A stretch of 64,000 bases of DNA from Phoronis australis (taxonomy: Eukaryota > Animalia > Phoronida), in the NCBI GenBank assembly GCA_002633005.1, contig NMRA01000073.1:582150-646149 (forward strand). The letters run 5' to 3'. Both the position numbers and the translations under genes were made by a program. Under the pieces are notes generated by a model. The model was not told the origin of the DNA, ran no database searches, and saw only the letters and a program-made list of their open reading frames with translations. Shown one piece after another: positions 1-13,060 of the stretch (positions are counted from its first letter, which is position 1; every line of letters starts with the position of its first letter).

Positions 1-895
1 TATCAGAATATGTCATTAGTCAAAGAGGGGTTCAAAATAAAGATAAAATGATATAAAAAAATCTACATCTGTGAGTAAAGAACGAAACAAACACGCAAAA
101 TATTGAGAGAACTCAGTTGAGTCCCTATTTGGGACAGTTTCTTGCAACTGGGCATTCGAGACCATCGGACTATGTCTGGAATCTCTAGTCAATAATATAC
201 CACTTTTCGCCAAAAATTCTAATTACTTCATCCCCAACACTTTCAAGAACTTTTGACGTACCCCTGGAGTGCGACGAGACGGACCTCACGTTTCACTTCT
301 AATCTATCCCAGGTCACGTTGAGGAGGGGGGGGGGGAGGCCGTTGGTAATCCAATGCGGGTCCCCTGTTTCGTGCGACACTCTAAGCTGCAGCTTTCTTA
401 TCTTAAAATAATAATCCGTCACCGCTGGAGGTATGAGAATGCTGTAACGATGGGTTAACGTGGATCCCCCCAACAAGTGGCTACATTTTGTGTTCATCCG
501 TCCAACGTTGTTTCTGATGACGACAGCGATTGATTGAAAGGTTGATAATGACTTGAACATCACAGTATCTTTCATAATTGACTTTCTTTGTGTTTTCTTA
601 AAAAGCTACCTGTGACATGGTGTTACGTTTGAAAAGAACAATTATTTTATATGCGTGTAGCTGTGGATGCATCTCATTGTAACTGCAAGCAAGGACTGTG
701 GAGACTAAAATAAACTCTTTACTGCAAGTTCCTGAGAAGCCCATTTTGTGAAACTGTCATACTCAGATGCTGAGTCTCAATCAAGAGCTGCTGTTTTGAC
801 AGAAAGCATGGACTTAATGACGCTAGCAGTTTAATTATTAAAAGATTTTGCCAGGGAGGGAGGTACATGCAGTAAACGTAGGATAATGGCTAACA

Positions 896-2620
896 TCTTT
901 GGCTGAAAGCTTTTTGAGAAGGTTTCATCTGTCTTGGTGACAAATCCATTGGGGACTCCTAATGTCAGTTTTTTGTTTTGCGCCTGTGGTTGTGTCTGCT
1001 AAACTCTCTGATGGATCTTTGTTAAATCTGGTAAGTGCATTGGTGACAACGAATAATGACAATCGTACGGATCCCACTCCCGCAGTGACCCCTAGGCCAG
1101 GGTCAATTTGTTGTTAGCTTTTTGAATAACAAACGGTTAGAAAAAATCAATGGCGTAGGGAATGAATAAATGATGTAGATCTTGCTGCGAGTCGGACGCG
1201 GAAGCAGGATAAACCTAAAACATTGCAGCTGATCTTTCGGTGCAATGAAGAGACCAATACCTGAGCTAGTAAGTGTGTGCTAAACGTGGCATATTATAAA
1301 CGCGCCCTGTCGGCCTGTCAAAATGCAAGTTTCAATAAGACTATGGAAGGCAACTGACCACCGTAACTATTTTCTAATTTGAAAAAAATAACTGCACGCG
1401 AAGTTACTAAGATGAATAAAGTCTTCAGGTCCTCACCCAAAGGCCAAACTAAGGGTCTGCAGATCACCATGGTCACAGCATAGGTTTTACGGAATGTTTT
1501 CCTAGCTTGTCACAATAACAGTGGTCAAAGGGATTGGGGGAACCAAGCGGCCGAAGTAATGTTTTCTCACAAGGATTAAGAGCCTGGAACATGTTTTACG
1601 TACGGTAATCGTTGTGTCGTCTGTNGTTCACGTATATTTTTAACTTAGTAAACATTATTTCCATTGAATTGTAAAGTAAGGCAAGGGAATCCCAGACCTT
1701 TGTCCTTACTTATGTTGAACAGGGAGAATAAAAAAAAAACATCTTTGGCTGAAAGCTTTTTGAGAAGGTTTCATCTGTCTTGGTGTCAAATCCATTGGCG
1801 ACTCCTAGTGTCAGTTTTTTGTTTTGCGCCTGTGATTGTGTCTGCTAAACTCTCTGATGGATCTTTGTTAAATCTGGCAAGTGCATTGGTGACAACGAAT
1901 AATGACAATCGTACGGATCCCACTTCCACAATGACCCCTAGGCCAGGGTCAATTTGTTGCTACCTGTTTGAATAATGGATAGAAAAAGCAATGGCGGAGA
2001 GAATGAATAAATGATGTAAATCTTGCTGCGAGTCGGACGTGGAAGCAGGATAACCCTAACGCATTGCAGCTGATCTTTCGGTGCAATGAAGAGACCAATA
2101 CCTGAGCTAGTACATGTAAGTGTGTGCTAAACGTGGCATATTATAAACGCGCCCTGTCGGCCTGTCAAAATGCAAGTTTCAATAAGACTATGAAAGGCAA
2201 CTGACCACCGTAACTATTTTCAAATTTGAAAAAAAAAATAACTGCACGCAAAGTTACTAAGATGATTAAAGTCTTCAGGTCCTCACCCAAAGGCCAAACT
2301 AAGGGTCTGCAGATCACCATGGTCACAGCATAGGTTTTACGGAATGTTTTCCTAGCTTGTCACAATAACAGTGGTCAAAGGGATTGGGGAACCAAACGGC
2401 CGAAGTAATGTTTTCTCACAAGGATTAAGAGCCTGGAACATGTTTTACGTACGGTAATCGTTGTGTCGTCTGTNGGTCACAGCATAGGTTTTACGGAATG
2501 TTTTCCTAGCTTGTCACAATAACAGTGGTCAAAGGGATTGGGGGAACCAAACGGCCGAAGTAATGTTTTCTCACAAGGATTAAGAGCCTGGAACATGTTT
2601 TACGTACGGTAATCTTTGTG
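896..2620. repeat. Near-identical local duplications separated by single-N joins
   Basis: 896-1624 resembles 1741-2473, and 2475-2620 repeats 2322-2470; N at 1625 and 2474. Confidence 0.8.
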
Positions 2621-2820
2621 TCGTCTGTTGGTGACACTAACACCGTATACAGCATGAACGGTCTCCAAGTCCACTTTCCACCATGGATTCGGCTTGCTTG
2701 TGTGAATACAGCTGTTACCAACGAGGTAACTAGTATGTTTGTTTCCATCGACAGCACGTGACGACGCACCTCCGTCCCGAATGCTTGCCTGGGAGGTGGC
2801 CTTACCGAGCGCGATATTCT
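2608..2820 (-). CDS. F-type lectin domain, N-terminal half exon (next domain in the protein)
   Basis: TTTACAG|AG...TAC C|GTACGT, phase 1-1; encodes NIALGKATSQAS...ASSRAVDGN...SCIHTSKPNPWWKVDL...VSVTNR. Confidence 0.9.
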
Positions 2821-3003
2821 CTGTAAAGCAATGGCACAAATGCTGACCGTTCTCAGTATAGCTCTACTAATAAAAACAATAGTTTTACTGTTAATTGTCT
2901 CAGATCCGGCACGTGAATCCACACACTTTCCTTAATATCTCAGGTCGTTATTATGGAAGAGCAACGTCTACATTTGTATGTTTCATCTCATATAGCTGCT
3001 TAC

Positions 3004-3216
3004 CCATCTTGCCATAAACTTCCACCTCACATAGACTTAGAGCCTCCGGCCCCACCTTCTGTATATACAAGTATCTCCCACCAACAGGCTTTACACAAGG
3101 GACAACCACTGTTGCACCAGGACCAACAGTTTCGCCATAATGACGGCACAAGGTGTCAGTTGAAGAAATCTTTGACTTGCTGGATACTTTGATATCAAAA
3201 TTTGATAATCTTTCAG
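3004..3216 (-). CDS. F-type lectin (fucolectin/FTP) domain, C-terminal half exon
   Basis: TTTCAG|CT...ATG G|GTAAGC, phase 1-1; encodes ERLSNFDIKVS...CRHYGETVGPGATVVVPCVKPVGGRYLYIQKVGPEALSLCEVEVYG (LSLCEVEVY signature). Confidence 0.88.
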
Positions 3217-3596
3217 CTGAAACAGTACCGTTCACATGAATATAGATATTATAAAGTATGGAAATCGTTCGATAGCCCGACAAAGGGGTATTTGCCAATT
3301 TTTATAGCTTTCGGTGAAGCTGTCAAGGTTTTTGTTTGTCTCGCGTCCCACCACACCATCAAACTGTCCCGGTTTTTGATATACGATAACATTGATGTAT
3401 TATCATATAGTATTCTCCACGTAACTAAGCCTATTTTTCTGGCTGACTAAATACCCTACTGGAGCATGTTCATCATCCTTGTGTTTTGAAATAGACCCAG
3501 ATGTCTCCATTTACACACAGATTTCCCAATTTTCAACTAAAGTTGTCCGGCCCAGTTTTTTGCACTCAACTGTTGGCAACAACGCTTAAGTGAACG

Positions 3597-4110
3597 GCTT
3601 TATACAAGGGACAACCACTGTTGCACCAGGACCAACAGTTTCGCCATAATGACGGCACAAGATGTCAGTAGATGAAATCTTTGACTTTCTGGATACTTTG
3701 ATATCAAAATTTGATAATCTTTCAGCTGAAACAGAACCGTACACATTAATATAGATATTACAAAGCATGAAAATCCTTCTATAGTCTGGAGTTGCGACAA
3801 AGGCGTATTTGACAATTTTTCTAGTTTTCGGTTGAGCTGTCACGGTTTTTGTTTGTCCCGCGTCCCACCACACCATCAAACTGCCCCGCTTTTTGATATA
3901 CGATAACATTGATGTATTATCATATAGTATTCTCCACGTCATCTAAGCCTATTTTTCTGGTTTTAAATACCCTACTGGGGCATGTTCATTATCCTTGTGT
4001 TTTGGAATAGACCTAGATGTCTCGATTTATACACGAATTTCTCACTTTTCAACTCCAGTTGTCCCAGTTTTTACACTCAACTGTTGGCAACTACGCTAAA
4101 GTGAACGGAT
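3597..4110 (-). pseudogene. Diverged tandem duplicate carrying a truncated copy of the F-type lectin C-half exon
   Basis: Repeats ~3090-3596 with substitutions. The exon copy runs AERLSNF...VVVPCIKPFT* and lacks the LSLCEVEVY end and the donor site. A further partial copy starts at 4846. Confidence 0.7.
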
Positions 4111-6032
4111 TTGTGAAAGAAGTCTACAAATATGAAGGGTCGTGAGTCCAAGCATGTCCCGAGGATCATAAGCTCGAAGAATAAGTCAGTCCGGGATTAT
4201 GGTTAGTCGGAACTAAGTTCAAATTTTAACAAATAATATGCAGACTTATTAGTCCAAAATCTAACAACGCAAAGCTGTTAACAACCGAGCAACAAGTTAG
4301 AAGCCTGCGAAATTTTGAACTGTTCAACCATTGCGACTACAAAAACTCGGAACACAATTGCCGAGCATTGTTGACAGATTTTTAAGACACTAGATTCAAT
4401 TCGTTGGTTTCGGAGAGATACGGTAGGGGGCAGCAGCCGTGGCTGCGCACAAACTACAACAAAATCCGTCGATAAATGTGGATGGGCACTGAAAAACATG
4501 GTTTAGTATATCTACCAAATGCACTGTCATAAGACGAGAAGCTTTTTATTTTCGAAACCTAAATACGGAACCTTGCTTAATGAATTTACATGTATCAGTG
4601 ACCGTAGAGTTGTGTTAACTTCATGAGCAGCGAAGATTCATGGAAATACATTTTCAAGGCCGAGTGCAAATTCTCGATGGAGCTGAACCACCGATGCCTG
4701 CTCCACTTCTAACGTCTTCTGACAGAATTGGTATAAAATGTTCAAGTTAAAACAAACTTTTGGATTTATGAACCTTCAGACTCGTGAACTTTTGACAATC
4801 GGTTTACATAATTGTGAGTATGTAGACAGGAGGTTGAAGAAGCANAAGGTGTCAGTAGATGAAATCTTTGACTTTCTGGATACTTTGATATCAAAATTTG
4901 ATAATCTTTCAGCTGAAACAGAACCGTACACATTGATATAGATATTATAAAGCATGAAAATCCTTCTATAGTCTGGAGTTGCGACAAAGGCGTATTTGAC
5001 AATTTTTCTAGCTTTCGGTTGAGCTGTCACGGTTTTTGTTTGTCCCGCGTCCCACCACACCACCAAACTGCCCCGCTTTATGATATACGATAACATTAAT
5101 ATATTATCACATAGTATTCTCCACGTCATCTAAGCCTATTTTTCTGGTTTTAAATACCCTACTGGAGCATGTTCATCATCCTTGTGTTTTGGAATAGACC
5201 TAGATGTCTCGATTTATACACGGATTTCTCACTTTTCAACTCCAGTTGTCCCAGTTTTTTACACTCAACTGTTGGCAACTACGCTAAAGTGAACGGATTT
5301 GTGAAAAATGTCTACAAATATGAAGGGTCGTGAGTCCAAGCATGTCCGGAGGACCATAAGCTCGAAGAATAAGTCAGTCCGGGATTATGGTTAGTCGGAA
5401 CTAAGTTCAAATTTTAACAAATAATATGCAGACTTATTAGTCCAAAATCTAACAACGCAAAGCTGTTAACAACCGAGCAACAAGTTAGAAGCCTGAGAAA
5501 TTTTGAACTGTTCAACCATTGCGACTACAAAAACTCGGAACACAATTGCCGAGCATTGTTGACAGATTTTTAAGACACTAGATTCAATTCGTTGGTTTCG
5601 GAGAGATATGGTAGGGGGCAGCAGCCGTGGCTGCGCACAAACTACAACAGAATCCCTCGATAAATGTGGATGGGCACTGAAAAACATGGTTTAGTATATC
5701 TACCAAATGCACTGTTATAAGACGAGAAGCTTTTTATTTTCGAAACCTAAATACGGAACCTTGCTTAATGAATTTACATGTATCAGTGACTGTAGAGTTG
5801 TGTTAACTTCATGAGCAGCGAAGATTCATGAAAATACATTTTCAAGGCCGAGTGCAAATTCTCGATGGTGCTGAACCACCGATGCCTGCTCCACTTCTAA
5901 CGTCTTCTGACAGAATTGGTATAAAATGTTCAAGTTAAAACAAACTTTTGGATTTATGAACCTTCAGACTCGTGAACTTTTGACAATCGGTTTACATAAT
6001 TGTGAGTATGTCGACAGGAGGTTGAAGAAGCA
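3660..6032. repeat. ~1.19 kb direct duplication across the N at 4845
   Basis: 3660-4844 resembles 4846-6032 (ORF pairs 4278/5466 and 3586/4776 are nearly identical). Confidence 0.85.
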
Positions 6033-6299
6033 TGCTAGCAACGGACAGTTATTAAAGCTGGCCTCGGAATTTTTGGTAGTCTGTTAAGTTAAATACATAT
6101 ATTGGCCTCTTTATCATAACATCAACGGAATTTTGATAATAATTGTTCAAAAATATGATATCTCTTGTTCATTTTTGGCGGGCTAACCTATTTGCTTCTG
6201 TACTATTAGTTACGCAAGATTTTGTTAAAATTTCAGTTGGTTAATCACATTCGTTCTAGGCCAAAACAGAAGCACGAATTTTAAGATGAGCGCCTACGT

Positions 6300-6810
6300 A
6301 AATAAAGACATGTTTATCCGACGTTTCAGTTTGTTACTTTAAAACATTTTCAAGGCAACAGTCCACATACTCAAACAGGCGACACAAGTGGAAAACAAAC
6401 CGTTTAGGTACACGTCAAAATGTACTGTGAGATGAGAATAGAAATCAAAACAGTTGGAGCTCAAATGAACCAATGTTTTTATTGAGGTAACGCTCAGCAT
6501 GGTTCAACCGTATATGCATATCCTCCTTTATGAGGAGCCTCACTCTGGCCCTATCCTTGTCTGAGATCTGAACCTATAGTGTGACCAGTTGTCAATGAGT
6601 GGTTGAGAACAGCACTGTGTGTGTCTTTACAGTGTTCCGTGACTCTGATGCTAAGAAACCTGCTGGTCATTCCAACGTTAAACTGCTCACATTCATTACA
6701 GTTGAGTTGGTACACAACATGACATCTTTGGGAATTACTCAATGGTGTTTTTAGTCCAGGAAGACTTATGGCATTACCAAGGTACTGAGTATGGTACACA
6801 CAGTGCAAAC
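6300..6810 (-). mobile_element. Penelope-like retroelement 3' remnant (GIY-YIG endonuclease plus pLTR-like tail)
   Basis: VVYQLNCNECEQFNVGMTSRFLSIRVTEHCKDTHSAVLNHSLTTGHTI is a Penelope-type GIY-YIG pattern; it is followed by CTTGAAAA...GAAACGTCGG. Confidence 0.8.
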
Positions 6811-8487
6811 GCTAATATAAGGCATCTTTAACATGATACTTTTTCTGTACCATGTACTAACACTAGACTATTGTAATTAAACAAAATCGTCTATAATAAA
6901 CACGTTTAGAATATTAGTAAATTTCGACGAAACGATCAGGTTTTTCACGAATTCGTTGAGACCGGCATGGTTCGAGTGGTAAGACCATGCGCTCACCCGC
7001 TTAAAATAAAGGGGGCTCGAATTTTTGACAATGTATACTTTTTACTTACAAAAAAAGGTGAACTAAAAACAAAAATAACGGGGTACCACGTTCAGAGCTA
7101 TGAATTTTGCAGTAACTGATTTTTAGTGGAATTTCGTGTCGTTTTCTCAGACTTTTTGTTTCTCCGAGGAGGACTTTTTTGCTCACTTCGCTAAATGGGG
7201 TAGGGCGGACGTTGAAGTGACCGCTGAAGGTGTTGGCGTGGCAGTGTCCAGCCTACATCCAAGTACTGAAGAAAGGTGTATACCTGGTTCTGATTTACCA
7301 GCTTCCGCGAATATCTCTTGTATGTACCGTCTGTTACGTTGTAGCTTTGCACTAGTTGCCGTTAGAATTATATAGGAACATGGTTCCTGTCATTTATGAC
7401 AACTGGAGTCGTCCAAAGTTTTTCGTTTTCGTCAGTCCTTGTATAAGAGTTTCATTCCTGGCATTAACTGACAGAGATGATTGTAGGCCTACTCATCGTT
7501 GTCTCCCATTTTTTAAAGGCACAAAAGCATTGTACAATATACAAAGGAGTCGCACACCACACCCCTGCGCGTGCATTTCAAGACCTGGCAACAAAATTAG
7601 AACCCGTGCGTATTCTAGGAAAAAGGAACCAGAGACGATCACCTGTTGTTAATTTTTTCATATTCACAATTTCGGAAAAAGAGAAAAGTTTCCATTTAAA
7701 TACCAGTATAGTTCGGCAGCAACCTTTCGTTAACACAAACTTCGTTGAAAAAACGACTTAATTCTGTGTTTGAAAGCTTGATACTAATACTTTTAAACCA
7801 TGTTGGTAAAATGCAAAATAGGTCTAAAAGTAGACCATGTTTAGGAAGAACAGGTTTAAGTTTTTAAGTCTTAAACCTGGTTTTGTTAAACCACCTTATG
7901 AAATCGGCTGCATGTGTCCAATGCAACACTGTTCACGAGAATGGAGACGAAACATTCGTCCATGTGAATTGGTAAACATCATTACATTTGGCCACTGGTC
8001 AGAGTCTTTCACGACTTTAGTTGTTTTTTCATGACAAGGTGACGTGACTTTACATTCTGATTTGAATACACTACACCTCGCCCCCAACCTCGTACNNNNN
8101 NNNNNNNNNNNNNNNNNNNNNNNNNNNNNNNNNNNNNNNNNNNNNNNNNNNNNNNNNNNNNNNNNNNNNNNNNNNNNNNNNNNNNNNNNNNNNNNNNNNN
8201 NNNNNNNNNNNNNNNNNNNNNNNNNNNNNNNNNNNNNNNNNNNNNNNNNNNNNNNNNNNNNNNNNNNNNNNNNNNNNNNNNNNNNNNNNNNNNNNNNNNN
8301 NNNNNNNNNNNNNNNNNNNNNNNNNNNNAAAGGTTAGTTAAAATTGACATTATTTTATTCAAATATAACTTGATTTAGTGCAGTGCAATTTTTTATGAAC
8401 ATGAACGTGATTATTTGAGTGAACTTGTCAAGTTGCCTCGCGTATTCCAAGTTCACGCAACACTCACTTCCTCTTAATCTTGAGATT

Positions 8488-9478
8488 CATAGGCGGATTT
8501 AGGGGGGGGGCCCAGAGGGCCCGGGCCCCCCCCCCCCTTGGCTGCCGCAAAAAAATAAAACAGTAAGAGCGTAGGGAAATGGTGAGTTTATTAATTAACC
8601 CCGGTAATTAAAATTATACGGATGAAAAGAAGATTTAAATGTGTGCAGTTTTAGTGTTTGGGGGGGGGGCTCAAACCCAATTTCAAGTGTCAAATTCGGA
8701 ACACGGCGCATTCGTAACGGAACTATGGCTAAGTATAGGCTCTCCCGCGATATCTCAGGCGACCGGCAGTGGCGCTGCGCACAACGACTCCGTTTTCGTC
8801 GTCTGCTCCACTGTGCAATGAAGAAAATTTACTTCATTTTTAAAGAGAATGGAACCTGAGTGACGGTGAAAAAACAGAAGCTGCTGGTAAGATGTGAATT
8901 TTAATCGAAGCCTTAGTGAATCACTCAGAAACTCGCAATGCTCTCTTTGTCAAACCTTAACTTAAGACGATTTCCAAAGCAAATTGCCAACACGAAAAAC
9001 GGATTTGGTCTTTTGGGCATTTGAAGACTATTTTAAATACGACAAATTTGTTAAGAATTCATGGCACAAAATATAAAACGTGTAATAAGCATTACGAAAA
9101 GAATTAGGTTTCGCGCGCAAACGCTGTGGACCATAAACAAGTAGGTCTTTTAGTATGAGATTGCTAGTTAAATCGTGGTGGTGTAGTGGTAACGCACGCG
9201 CTCTCTAACCGCCAGATCGTGAGTTCAAGACTTTGGTACGTTCATTTTTCCTGTTTGACACGTTCTCCGTTTTTTGTTTTTTTTTGAATAATTGTTCAGG
9301 AATCAAGGAAAATGCTTGATTTTTAGAGGTAAAAACAGAAAAATTTCCTGGGCGGGAGGGGGGTTTCCCCCCATTCATTGCTATGCGCATCTACAATCGT
9401 GGTTCAGTTTGCGCAAATGCTTACAGCCGGACAAAATGTTGGGACCCCCCCCTTGTGATATCCTAGATCCGCCACTGG
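8488..9478. mobile_element. Non-autonomous TIR DNA element (CAKDGGCGGAT family)
   Basis: Starts CATAGGCGGATTTAGGGGG and ends CCTAGATCCGCCACTG; related short copies at 42547-42856 and 61043-61195. Confidence 0.6.
9172..9240 (+). other. tRNA-derived (SINE-head-like) fragment
   Basis: A-box-like TGGTGTAGTGGT and B-box-like GTTCAAGAC at tRNA spacing; no intact cloverleaf. Confidence 0.4.
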
Positions 9479-11299
9479 ATACAGACAGGAGAATCTAGAT
9501 CTGTGTTGTTTAGACTTGTGACTTTTTGAGTTCTAAACACAAAACGCTTGTTATCCTGGCCAGTGGCTCGGAGCCCGATCAGGCCCGTTGCGGCCGGCCG
9601 GATTGACTCGTTATCCCGGCCAGTGGATCGGAAACTGATCAAACATCACGAACATAAACCAGCCAAAGTTCAGTGGAAATTAAACTTCCAGTCAAGAAAA
9701 TACTATAATAGTGAGCCAAAGTAATGTGCACGTGATTATGTTGGTGAATTAGCCACGAAACTGCAAATCTACTTATTCGTCGGGGGCCGCGAATTCAGGT
9801 TCCGCTTTGGCCACAGCACCGTCAGGGCAGAAGTTGTACATTGACAATCATTATTTGAGTAATGCAAACGTAAATAAAGATTCCCCTAACACCTGGCCGT
9901 GGGATGGAAATCGGGTTGTTTCACAACAGTTTCTGCCAGCAAACACTAAATTAGCATGAGCTCCCCACACGGCCTCGGTGACCCGTCAATTAGTTTTATT
10001 GCACCTAAAGCCGGTAACGCAGTGATTTTATTGCTGGCTTCTCAAATCATTTGCTCTTACGAAAACTCCAAAGGCATTACAAATTGCATCTAATGAGACA
10101 GACTTTGTTTCAGTTTTATATAAGTATTGGTTAGGGTGAGAATAATTCATTTTGAAACAGAACGCTCAGTAATAAACGCCAACACGGCAACTCGCAATCC
10201 CGACTTAGGACGAGCTAGAGCTCATCAGTCCCGACTTCGCAGGTGGATCGTTAAGTTTTACANACAATGCACCTGACGTCATGCAACAATCAAACTTAAA
10301 CAGTGGATAACTTTTGAAGTTTTATGCAACTCAGCCCTGCTGCAATTCCGTATACATTCTTATTTTGAGCCTTATAAGCGCACATTTAGGTCCGTATGCC
10401 TAAATGTGAAATAATTTGCCTTAAGGTTAATTGTGTCCAAGTACTCCATGTACAGCTGCACCTAAGCTTCCCTTACTATGTTCATTGTCCTTTCGGTGTC
10501 TTAGAGTGGGCGTTTTCACGTGTTTTCGTGAATTGTTAGGACATTTTATTTAATTAACTTAGTTACTTTTAAATTAACAGTAATTAGACTACACGTTTGT
10601 TCTTTTGAGACGACTAAATTTCTCCTTACACAATACTTTTAAGACTTGCCCATTGTTTTTTCTTAAGACTGCATTTTGCCCTGTTTAGCACGCTCATAAA
10701 TGATCACGAAATACACTGTTGTTCCTTTACTCTCACGAAATAGGTCTCGTCATACTCCTTACTTCAACTAGTAGGATTACTCTCCAGAGTTTATTGGGAT
10801 TGAACAAGTCTGAATTTCTAACTCGAAAATGGCGCATGTGTGCATTGCCGGCGATTCCGACAATAATTCATGATCGGAAGAGCTTGTTCTTGAATTCTTT
10901 ACTTTACAGTCATCTATTTAGAACACAGGTTGAAATTAATCAATCGAACGATTTCACTAAAATATAATTATTTCTGAATTTTTAGCCATGTTTTGTTTTC
11001 GCGCAAACGCTGCTCACTTTTTAAAAAGCATTTTAAATGTCTTTTTAAAAAGCAGCGAAATGCAGCATTACATGACTCAAATGTTTCAAGTACTAAGTGC
11101 CACACCTAAAAATGAGTGCAAGTGGCGTGGTGACTTTTTCGGTACATCAGGCGCGTTTAAGCCACAAGGCCGGGCCCATTACACTAATCACCTGATTATG
11201 ACTCATGGGGACACGATGTCATCGGATTCCTCATGGCTAAAATCTTCCAATCCGCTTGTTTGTTTTAGAAAGACAGAAATACTATTAAACCTGTATGAA

Positions 11300-11510
11300 C
11301 TAACAATGTTAACCAAGCGGGTTATGTGTCCATCAAGTAATAGATTACAGCATCTATTGTAGGCAGGGCAAATCTTCACCAGATGTTGAGGAGTCTCGGC
11401 CTCCTAGCCACACTTGGGACACAATGAACATGATATGTGGCCTGTGATGTGACGGTTCCGGGCGAGGTTGAAGTGTTCAGTAATAATCTGAACAGATGCC
11501 TTATAGCAAG
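11300..11510 (-). mobile_element. LINE 3' remnant with CCHC knuckle
   Basis: Minus strand reads QIITEHFNLARNRHITGHISCSLCPKCG*EAETPQHLVKICPAY. Confidence 0.6.
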
Positions 11511-11626
11511 TCTATCTAAACATAACAGTGACACCTATAGGTGCACGAGCCAAATTATGGGTTAAAGTGATGCATATGCGGTATATTTGTTGCTTTCACA
11601 CACTACTAAACGAATTAAAAACATAC

Positions 11627-11812
11627 TTTCACAATCAGGCACTTTGAAACTCCACTTATATTTCCCAATACACTTCGTCGTTAGTGACTTGTCCTTCAAT
11701 TTATCTGAGAAGCTGTAACCCTTTTTGCAGGTAAATGTAACAACTGTATCGATCGGAACGGCCACATGGTGGTCAGCAACGCTGTTCTTGACATCAGGTA
11801 CCCAGCATGCCA
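11627..11812 (-). CDS. Sushi/CCP (SCR) domain exon
   Basis: TTTTCAG|TG...GAA A|GTATGT, phase 1-1; encodes ACWVPDVKNS...VVTFTCKKGYSF...KCIGKYKWSFKVPDCE (4 Cys and the conserved Trp). Confidence 0.85.
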
Positions 11813-12399
11813 CTGAAAAAAGCCATACCTCAAGTGAAAAGCAAGCTTGATATCAACGTCATTTTAATTCTGAGACAAGATGCCTCACAACTTCTGTGAA
11901 CATGTTTTCGTAAAAAATACTTCATGTTCAGTACTTCAAACGTGTTTATTGGTTTTGACTTCTTCCTTTTTTCACATATTTATTATCATTGATAACAGAA
12001 ACATACAAACAAGTAAATCTATTCTTTCACGCATGCACACCTCAGAAGAGACCTTTCTCGCATCGCAACATGGAGTTAACGTGAACAGCAAAATTTTCCC
12101 CATTTCTCAGAGAAGCTGTCACAAAAAATTTTACGCAAGCCAATTAATTTTCAGAATTATAGTACTCGATATGCCGAATTGATTAAACACACGACACTTT
12201 TCGCAATTAACAGTCTTTATTTCGTTTTGTTCATATGTGCGGAATGAAACTCTACACTGAACGGAGCATTGATGAAGTAACTGACAAAGAGACATGATTA
12301 AAATGTACACGATATTTCGAAACATAATTGCTTCATTCACAGGTGGAAATAAAATGACGCAGTAATGCCACCACAGAGCATAATCTGGAGACATACACA

Positions 12400-13060
12400 A
12401 TGGTAAAACGGATTTTGACTAAAAAGTATTCCAATGACCATGCGTAATATTCTAAATTGGAATCATCAAATGTTGGGATCCTTCGTAATTTCATAATGCA
12501 ACGCCTTTTTTCTTCTAATCTAAACTATCTCCTAATTCTATTTCCGATTTACACTCTGACTTAGAAGATTTCTTGATGTCGTTTAAGATGGAACAAATAT
12601 GTCTAAAACCCTTCACATCTTTCCGTAGGTGAGTAATTACTTAAGGCATGCATGGAGAACAGACATTAACACATTTCAATTTACTTTGAAATAGACTTTG
12701 CGAGACCTTCTTAGAACAGAAACAACACCATCATATTCTACAAAGTTGATTCTTACATCGAACTCGTTTATCATATGGTCTAAACTAACGAAATCGCCAT
12801 CAGGTATTTTGGTTAAATCTTAAGCAATTCACAAACCAATACTTAGAAAAAAAAACACTTCTGCCTCCGATCCCCAAGTTACTATTGAAACACAGATTGA
12901 TTCAAAAAGTCTTCTTTGATCGCCACGGTTATTGGCTCATAAAAAGTTATCAGGTACAGCCGAAGAAGTCAATTTATACGTCACATTGAGTAAGGATATG
13001 GGTCCCCAGTTTTTCAAATAATATTCACCTTTATCTGCTCCCACGATTCTCATACAAAAA
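12400..13060 (-). mobile_element. Degenerate Tx1/L1-clade LINE fragments
   Basis: YLKNWGPISLLNVTYKL near 13020-12970 (the NWRPISLLNVDYK motif); FQFRILRMVI near 12460-12430. Confidence 0.6.

Noticed and set aside
243-575. 110-aa ORF as a continuation of the lectin gene
   Set aside because: No recognisable domain or convincing splice sites.
896-2620. Biological tandem gene duplication
   Set aside because: Breakpoints coincide with single-N joins, so allelic or overlap redundancy is more likely; cannot be claimed without reads.
9172-9240. Functional tRNA gene
   Set aside because: Acceptor and T stems do not pair properly; only the A/B boxes remain.
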